Below, piece after piece: positions 58,392 through 64,000 of a DNA stretch of 64,000 nucleotides; within the stretch, counting starts at the first letter, position 1, and each line of letters starts with the position of its first letter. The translations under genes and the position numbers were made by a program. Source of the DNA: Clostridiaceae bacterium (lineage in GTDB: Bacteria; Bacillota; Clostridia; Oscillospirales; Acutalibacteraceae); the NCBI GenBank assembly GCA_904501705.1, contig CAJGCA010000001.1, positions 15,488-79,487 of the forward strand. The letters are read 5' to 3'. Under the pieces are notes generated by a model. The model did not search any database. It had not been told where the DNA came from and saw nothing but the letters and a program-made list of their open reading frames with translations.

Positions 58392-59105
58392 TTTGGTTAA
58401 AATTGCGTTCAGATCACGCATTTTTTGCGCGGTTGGTTCAGGGAGATCCGCAAACGGGAATGGTATTCCCATATCGTCGTATTTCACCTGACAAATCTTC
58501 TTGAAGGGTAGCAGCTCCACCTTATCTACACACAAATGATCAGCCGCGATTTTCTTAAGCGAGCGGACGTTTTGCTCGGTATCGTTCAGAGACGGAATGA
58601 TCACCTGCCGCAGGGTGGTCGGAATGCGGTGATCGTCCAAAAAACGCAGGAATTCCAAGGGTTTATCAAGTGTACAGCCAACATACTTTACATGTAATTT
58701 TGCGTCCGTATACTTGACATCTAACAGCAACCGATCGGTTAGCGCGAGCACCTGCCGCACCTCATCGGTGAGGATGCTCCCCGACGTATCGAGACAGGTG
58801 TGTATCCCCCGCTCTCGGCAGAGGGAAAACACCTCACGCACAAACTGCGGCTGCAGCAGCGGCTCACCGCCCGACAGCGTGACGCCGCCCTCGGTGCCGA
58901 AATATTCTTTGAAGCGTTCTGCCTTATCGACGATCTCGCGTGCTGTGTACTCCGTGCCGCCCGCCGCATCCCACGTATCGGGATTGTGGCAACAACCACA
59001 GCGCAGATGGCATCCCTGCAAGAACACAACATAGCGTACGCCGGGACCATCCACCGTGCCGAGGCTCTGGATAGAGTGCACCCGTCCGATGACAGCATAT
59101 TCCAT
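58389..59105 (-). CDS. pflA: Pyruvate formate-lyase activating enzyme (radical SAM)
   Basis: CHLRCGCCHNPDTW cluster motif and GGVTLSGGEPL. The ATG overlaps the pflB stop (TAATG). Confidence 0.93.
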   Translation of the reverse strand: MEYAVIGRVHSIQSLGTVDGPGVRYVVFLQGCHLRCGCCHNPDTWDAAGGTEYTAREIVDKAERFKEYFGTEGGVTLSGGEPLLQPQFVREVFSLCRERGIHTCLDTSGSILTDEVRQVLALTDRLLLDVKYTDAKLHVKYVGCTLDKPLEFLRFLDDHRIPTTLRQVIIPSLNDTEQNVRSLKKIAADHLCVDKVELLPFKKICQVKYDDMGIPFPFADLPEPTAQKMRDLNAILTK

Positions 59106-61336
59106 TACATCGCCTCGTGGAAGGTACGGCTGATAACCTCGCGCTGCTGCTCACGGGACAGTTTATTGAAATGCACGGCGTATCCGGACACACGAATGGT
59201 CAGGTTCGGGTACTCCTCAGGATTCTCATACGCCTTCATCAGAAGCTCACGGTTCATCACATTGACATTAATGTGGTGTGCCTTCTTGGCAAAATATCCA
59301 TCAAGGATCGCCACAAGATTGCCCACCCGCTCATCGGGTGTTCTTCCGAGCGCCTCGGGCGTGATCGAGAAGGTGTTAGAGACACCGTCGCGGCAATCAT
59401 CATAGCTAATCTTGGCAACCGAGTTGAGGGACGCCAGCGCGCCGTTCTCCTCGCGGTTGTGCATCGGGTTGGCGCCGGGAGCAAAGGGCGCGCCCGCCTC
59501 GCGACCGTCAGGGGTCGCACCGGTATTCTTGCCGTACATCACGTTGGAGGTGATAGTCAGCACCGACAGCGTGTGGATGGCATTGCGATAGGTCGGGGTC
59601 TTGCGCAGTTCGGTGATCACCTTGTGGACCATCTCTTTCGCGATGAGGTCAACACGGTCGTCGTCATTGCCGTATTTCGGGAATTCACCGACGGTATCAA
59701 AGTCCACAATAAAGCCGTTCTCATCGCGCACGGGATGAACCGCAGCGAACTTGATCGCACTAAGCGAATCAGCGACCACCGACAGGCCCGCGATGCCGAA
59801 CGCCATCAAGCGCTCAACCTCGGTGTCGTGCAGCGCCATCTGCGTCTTCTCATACGCATACTTGTCGTGCATATAATGAATAACGTTCATCGTATTGACA
59901 TACAGACGGCTAAGCCACTGAATGTAAATGTCATAACGCTCCATTACCGTATCGTAATCCAGTGTATCCCCTTCGAGGGCAGGCATTTGCGGGCCGATAT
60001 GGATACCACTAGTCGTATCGTAGCCGCCATTAATGGCGATGAGCAACAGCTTTGCCAGATTGCAACGCGCACCGAAGAACTGCATCTGATGACCGATACG
60101 CATTGCCGACACACAGCAGGCAATCGCATAGTCGTCGCCGTACAGCGGGCGCATAATATCGTCGTTCTCGTACTGGATAGAGTCGGTGTCCGCAGATACC
60201 TTTGCACAGAATTTCTTGAAATTCATAGGCAGCGCGTTCGACCATAGAATGGTCAGGTTCGGCTCGGGCGCAGAGCCAAGTGTGTACAGCGTATTGAGCA
60301 TGCGGAAGCAGTTCTTGGTCACGAGGGTGCGACCATCCTCGCCCATACCGCCGACTGCTTCAGTGATCCACATCGGATCGCCGCCGAACAGCTCGTTATA
60401 TTCCGGAGTGCGAAGATGACGGGCAACACGCAGCTTGATGACAAAGTCATCCATCAGCTCCTGCGCCTCCTGCTCGGTAAGAATGCCCGCAGCCATATCT
60501 CGCTCAATATAAATATCAATAAAGGTGCTCACACGGCCGAGCGACATCGCCGCACCGTTCTGCTCCTTAATCGCGCCGAGATACGCAAAGTACGTCCACT
60601 GGATCGCCTCGCGGGCGTCCTTTGCAGGCTCGCTGATGTCGTAGCCGTACATCAGCGCCATCTCCTTGAGATGGCCGAGGAAGGAGATCTGCTGATACAG
60701 CTCCTCGCTCAAACGGGTCGTATCGGCATTGAACACTTCCCCTGCCAGCGTGGCCTTGTCCTTCTTCTTCTCTTCGATCAGGCGATCAACGCCGTACAGC
60801 GCCACACGGCGATAGTCGCCGATAATGCGACCGCGACCATAGGCATCCGGAAGACCCGTGATGACGTGGCTACGGCGCGCCAAGCGCATCTCGTCCGTAT
60901 AAGCACGGAACACGCCGTCATTATGGGTCGTGCGGTAACGGAAGCCGTCACGCACCTTCTCGCCAAGCTTATAGCCGTACGCTTCGCACGCTTGATGAGC
61001 CATACGCATACCACCAAACGGATTGACGCCGCGCTTGAGCGGCGCGTCCGTCTGCAAGCCGACGATCAGCTCGTTCTTCTGATCAATATAGCCGGGAGCG
61101 AACGCCGTGAGCGACGACGCCACCTCAGTCGCGACATCCAACACACCGCCGCGGCCGCGTTCCAGCTTAAACAGCGTCTGTACCTTCTCCATCAGCGCCT
61201 TAGTGCGCTCGGTCGCACCGGCGAGGAAGGAATCGTCGCCGATATATTCCTTATAATTCTTCTGGATGAAGTCGCGAACGTTGATCTCGTCCTGCCAAGC
61301 TCCACCGACAAATCCATTCCAATTCTTATGATCCAT
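59105..61336 (-). CDS. pflB: Formate C-acetyltransferase (pyruvate formate-lyase)
   Basis: 743 aa with the active-site Cys pair IACCVSAM and the glycyl-radical motif [11 protein letters not shown] near the C-terminus. Confidence 0.96.
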   Translation of the reverse strand: MDHKNWNGFVGGAWQDEINVRDFIQKNYKEYIGDDSFLAGATERTKALMEKVQTLFKLERGRGGVLDVATEVASSLTAFAPGYIDQKNELIVGLQTDAPLKRGVNPFGGMRMAHQACEAYGYKLGEKVRDGFRYRTTHNDGVFRAYTDEMRLARRSHVITGLPDAYGRGRIIGDYRRVALYGVDRLIEEKKKDKATLAGEVFNADTTRLSEELYQQISFLGHLKEMALMYGYDISEPAKDAREAIQWTYFAYLGAIKEQNGAAMSLGRVSTFIDIYIERDMAAGILTEQEAQELMDDFVIKLRVARHLRTPEYNELFGGDPMWITEAVGGMGEDGRTLVTKNCFRMLNTLYTLGSAPEPNLTILWSNALPMNFKKFCAKVSADTDSIQYENDDIMRPLYGDDYAIACCVSAMRIGHQMQFFGARCNLAKLLLIAINGGYDTTSGIHIGPQMPALEGDTLDYDTVMERYDIYIQWLSRLYVNTMNVIHYMHDKYAYEKTQMALHDTEVERLMAFGIAGLSVVADSLSAIKFAAVHPVRDENGFIVDFDTVGEFPKYGNDDDRVDLIAKEMVHKVITELRKTPTYRNAIHTLSVLTITSNVMYGKNTGATPDGREAGAPFAPGANPMHNREENGALASLNSVAKISYDDCRDGVSNTFSITPEALGRTPDERVGNLVAILDGYFAKKAHHINVNVMNRELLMKAYENPEEYPNLTIRVSGYAVHFNKLSREQQREVISRTFHEAM

Positions 61337-61403
61337 AATGATTCCTCCTGACTCCGTTCATTGTCCTGTTGGTTATACCTTACAAGAATTCACATAAAAA
61401 CGC

Positions 61404-61512
61404 AAAAAATAGGCAAGTCAGCTTTAGAAACTGAACTGCCCAGACGGTCGGCATATATCCCCCTCACATTCCACCGCGGTAAAGCCGCAAAATCCGTCAG
61501 TCGTGCGAGAGC
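61404..61512 (-). promoter_or_regulatory. ZTP riboswitch (pfl motif) with terminator expression platform, in the pflB leader
   Basis: Minus strand: ...CGACUGACGG-AUUUU-GCGG-CUUUA-CCGC-GGUGGAAUGUGAGGG...AU-GCC-GACCGUCUG-GGCA. This compares with the remembered consensus GACUGGCG ... GCC-G(C)CCGCCUG-GGCA. The pseudoknot GACG/CGUC pairs where the consensus has GGCG/CGCC. The P3 3' strand GGCA is shared with the terminator GGCAGUUCAG-UUUCUAAA-GCUGACUUGCC-UAUUUUUU (61440..61404). The genomic context is the one the motif is named after. Confidence 0.7.
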
Positions 61513-61520
61513 GCGTTTCT

Positions 61521-61549
61521 ATTATACACAATATATTGTGCTCCGTCAA
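61521..61549 (-). promoter_or_regulatory. Sigma-A-type promoter of pflBA
   Basis: On the minus strand: TTGACG (61549-61544), 17-nt spacer, TATAAT (61526-61521). The predicted start site is a few nt before the riboswitch P1. Confidence 0.6.
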
Positions 61550-61571
61550 TAATCAAAACACATTATTTGTG
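61527..61571 (-). promoter_or_regulatory. Two palindromic operator-like boxes resembling NrdR boxes
   Basis: Box A at 61527-61540 is CACAATATATTGTG, a perfect 14-bp palindrome filling the promoter spacer. Box B at 61559-61571 is CACAAATAATGTG, with CACA/TGTG arms and one bp shorter. The centres are 31.5 bp apart. Confidence 0.4.
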
Positions 61572-62045
61572 ATATTTTCCGTTTTTATTGATCTGAAACG
61601 CGCGATAGATCTGCTCGAGCAGCATCACCCGAGCGAGTTGGTGCGGGAAGGTAAGCTTCGACATTGAAAAACGCAGTCGCGCGCGCCCTTTTACCGTGTC
61701 GGACAAGCCCCAGGAGCCGCCGATGATAAACACGATATGGCTCGTACCGTCCACGGCGAGCCGCTCAATATATTCAGCGAGAGCGGGAGAATCCATCTCC
61801 TTGCCCTCGATGCACAGCGCAATCACGGCGCTGTCTTTCGGAATCTGCGCGATCAATCGCTCGCCCTCCGCCTCGATGGTCGCGGCGATCTGCGCTGCCG
61901 ACGGGTTATCGGGAAGGCGCTCCTCCGCAACTTCGACAAGGCGGAACTTACAAAACGCGCCGAGCCGCTTCTCGTACTCCTCACACGCGTCGCGCCAATA
62001 GCGCTCCTTGAGCTTCCCTACGCATAAAAGGGTTATGTTCAGCAT
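61563..62045 (-). CDS. rlmH: 23S rRNA (pseudouridine1915-N3) methyltransferase RlmH (SPOUT)
   Basis: Start moved to ATG 62045 (MLNITLLCVGKLKERYWRDACEEYEKRL). C-terminal motifs FIIGGSWGLS and LTFPHQLARVMLLEQIYRA. Confidence 0.9.
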   Translation of the reverse strand: MLNITLLCVGKLKERYWRDACEEYEKRLGAFCKFRLVEVAEERLPDNPSAAQIAATIEAEGERLIAQIPKDSAVIALCIEGKEMDSPALAEYIERLAVDGTSHIVFIIGGSWGLSDTVKGRARLRFSMSKLTFPHQLARVMLLEQIYRAFQINKNGKYHK

Positions 62046-62059
62046 CGGGTTCACCACCA

Positions 62060-62851
62060 TCAAAAATATGTGATTGGCTGCGTACCGCAAGGCTCCGCAA
62101 CCCACAAGAGACAATCTAGTCCGACAGCGATCCCTTGCGTGGCAAGCGCATCGCGCGCGGTGCGCTCAGCAAGCTGAGGGGTATTGTTGTGCTGACTCAG
62201 GTGCGCAAGCGCGATACGTGTGGCACCCGAGTGCACAAGCTCGGGCAACACCGCCGCACACGCATCGTTCGACAGATGACCAAGATCGCCGAGGATGCGC
62301 TTCTTCAAAGGATACGGGTACGGGCCGTTATGCAGCATCACGGGATCGTGGTTGGATTCGATATGCAGCAGCTGACAGCCGCGAAGAACGTCCAGCACTT
62401 CGGGCATCACATACCCCATATCGGTCGCAACCGCCAGCGAGCGTTCGGCCGTATCAAATCGGTAACCGAGGCTTGCACGGCAGTCGTGTGGGGTGGCAAA
62501 CGGCGTGATCTTCATATCACCGATACCGAGCGTCCTGCCCTCGGTCACAGCGTACAGCCGCTGGTTTTCGGTCACACAACCGCTTTGAGCCAGTGCATCC
62601 AGCGTTCCCTCGCTTGCGAGCACCGGCCAGCCGAATTGCTTACACAGCACGCGAAGGCCCGCCACGTGATCGGTGTGCTCGTGGGTGACCAGCACCGCTT
62701 TGATCGAGCAGGGATTGATCCCCCGCTCATCGAGCGCTTGTCGGATACGCTTTGCCGACACGCCGACATCGACGAGTACGCCGCCATCCTTGGTTGCAAT
62801 ATAGGTACAATTTCCGCTGCTTCCGCTGAACAGCGAGCAGTATCGCATCAT
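62060..62851 (-). CDS. MBL-fold metallo-hydrolase (YycJ/WalJ-like)
   Basis: Start moved to ATG 62851 (MMRYCSLFSGSSGNCTYI). Motif VLVTHEHTDHVAGL. Lies upstream of rlmH, as in Bacillus. Confidence 0.85.
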   Translation of the reverse strand: MMRYCSLFSGSSGNCTYIATKDGGVLVDVGVSAKRIRQALDERGINPCSIKAVLVTHEHTDHVAGLRVLCKQFGWPVLASEGTLDALAQSGCVTENQRLYAVTEGRTLGIGDMKITPFATPHDCRASLGYRFDTAERSLAVATDMGYVMPEVLDVLRGCQLLHIESNHDPVMLHNGPYPYPLKKRILGDLGHLSNDACAAVLPELVHSGATRIALAHLSQHNNTPQLAERTARDALATQGIAVGLDCLLWVAEPCGTQPITYF

Positions 62852-62939
62852 AGCGTATGTTCCTCTCCGCAAAAAGACCGCAGAAACCGCCAACGGGCGA
62901 TGTCTGCGATCTTACGCTGATGTTGGCATCTTATGTCAC

Positions 62940-64000
62940 TTAGTCCGACACGCGTTCAACCTTGGCGCCGAGGCGGGACAGCTTTTCAATAATATCCTCA
63001 TAGCCTCGTTCGATATAGCGAATGTCCTCGATCTCGGTGACGCCGTCCGCGACCAGACCCGCGATAACCATCGCCGCACCGGCGCGCAGATCCACCGCCT
63101 TGACCGTGGCTGCGGTCAGTTTTTCGATACCATTGAAGGTCGCACGATTGCCGTCCACTTCCACCTGAGCGCCCATCTTCTGCAGCTCCTCAGTATAACG
63201 GAAGCGATTCTCCCACACACCCTCGGTGATGGTGCTCGTCCCATCCGCGATGGACAGCAGCACCGCGATCTGCGGCTGCATATCCGTCGGAAAGCCGGGG
63301 TGCGGCATCGTCTTAATATTGCAACAATGCAGCGGCCCCTCACAGCGCACACGTATGGCATCGTCCATCTCCTCAATGCGTGCGCCCATCTCATCGAGCT
63401 TCGTAGTGATAGACTCCAAGTGCTTCGGGATGACGTTGCGCACCAACACGTCGCCGCCGGTCGCCGCTGCCATCGCCATATAGGTCCCCGCCTCAATCTG
63501 ATCGGGGATGATGGAATAGGTCGCGCCGTACAACTGCTGTACGCCGCGGATCTTAATGACGTCCGTACCCGCGCCGCGAATGTCGGCGCCCATCGTGTTG
63601 AGGAAGTTTGCAAGGTCAACGATATGCGGCTCTTTTGCAGCGTTTTCAATCACCGTCATACCGCGCACACGCACCGATGCGAGCATAATATTCACCGTTG
63701 CGCCGACGCTCACGGTGTCCAGATACACGGAGTTACCGAGCAGCTGCTCGGCGTGCATCTCAATGATGCCGTCCTCCAGCTGCACCGACTCCGCCCCGAG
63801 CGCGTGGAAGCCCTTCAGATGCAAGTCGATCGGGCGTTCGCCGAACCAGCAGCCTCCCGGCATCGGCACACGGGCACTACCCGTCTTGCCGAGTAGCGCG
63901 CCGATGAAATAGTACGATGCGCGCATACTCTTCGCCAGATCGTGGTCGACCTCGATCTTATCCACCGTGCGCGGATCGATCTCGACCGTGTGGGGGTCAA
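62940..64000 (-). CDS. murA: UDP-N-acetylglucosamine 1-carboxyvinyltransferase MurA (N-terminus outside the window)
   Basis: The frame stays open to the right edge (...DPHTVEIDPRTVDKIEVDHDLAKSMRASYYFIGALLG). The GTG at 63965 is internal, not the start. The C-terminus is IEDIRYIERGYEDIIEKLSRLGAKVERV. Confidence 0.93.
   Translation of the reverse strand, partial: DPHTVEIDPRTVDKIEVDHDLAKSMRASYYFIGALLGKTGSARVPMPGGCWFGERPIDLHLKGFHALGAESVQLEDGIIEMHAEQLLGNSVYLDTVSVGATVNIMLASVRVRGMTVIENAAKEPHIVDLANFLNTMGADIRGAGTDVIKIRGVQQLYGATYSIIPDQIEAGTYMAMAAATGGDVLVRNVIPKHLESITTKLDEMGARIEEMDDAIRVRCEGPLHCCNIKTMPHPGFPTDMQPQIAVLLSIADGTSTITEGVWENRFRYTEELQKMGAQVEVDGNRATFNGIEKLTAATVKAVDLRAGAAMVIAGLVADGVTEIEDIRYIERGYEDIIEKLSRLGAKVERVSD

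Overview
The window reads as ordinary chromosomal core of a GC-rich, spore-forming Firmicute (Clostridia; Oscillospiraceae-like is only a guess). About 70 tightly packed genes, most on the minus strand, fall into blocks that keep Bacillus-like order: mreBCD-maf-dus, PFOR (nifJ), groESL with a CIRCE operator, hup-yabO-yabP-yabQ-divIC-yabR, and pgk-tpiA-gpmI. The list continues with priA-def-fmt-rsmB-rlmN-prpC-prkC-rsgA-thiN-spoVM, yicC-remA-gmk-rpoZ, rnj-gdpP-rplI-dnaB-tilS-ftsH, pflBA, and rlmH-walJ-murA. I see no CRISPR array, no transposase, integrase or phage genes, no rRNA, and no recognisable defence or toxin module. RNA and cis elements I can support are tRNA-Leu(CAG), an FMN riboswitch before ribU, a SAM-I riboswitch before metK, a ZTP (pfl-motif) riboswitch before pflB, CIRCE, and several intrinsic terminators and near-consensus sigma-A promoters. 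Three genes are missing from or mis-framed in the ORF track: mreD (runs off the left edge), spoVM (30 aa) and a 54-aa membrane sORF next to it. There are three leads for something under-described. (1) The pflBA control region has tandem NrdR-box-like palindromes around the promoter, in series with the ZTP riboswitch. (2) A pair of G3E/CobW-type NTPases: one carries a 71-residue His/Cys/Asp/Glu tract, the other is degenerate and fused to a DUF1980-like CC-motif domain. (3) An OPT peptide transporter is translationally coupled to a PqqD/RRE-like small protein. All family calls rest on motif recognition by eye. No searches were run.
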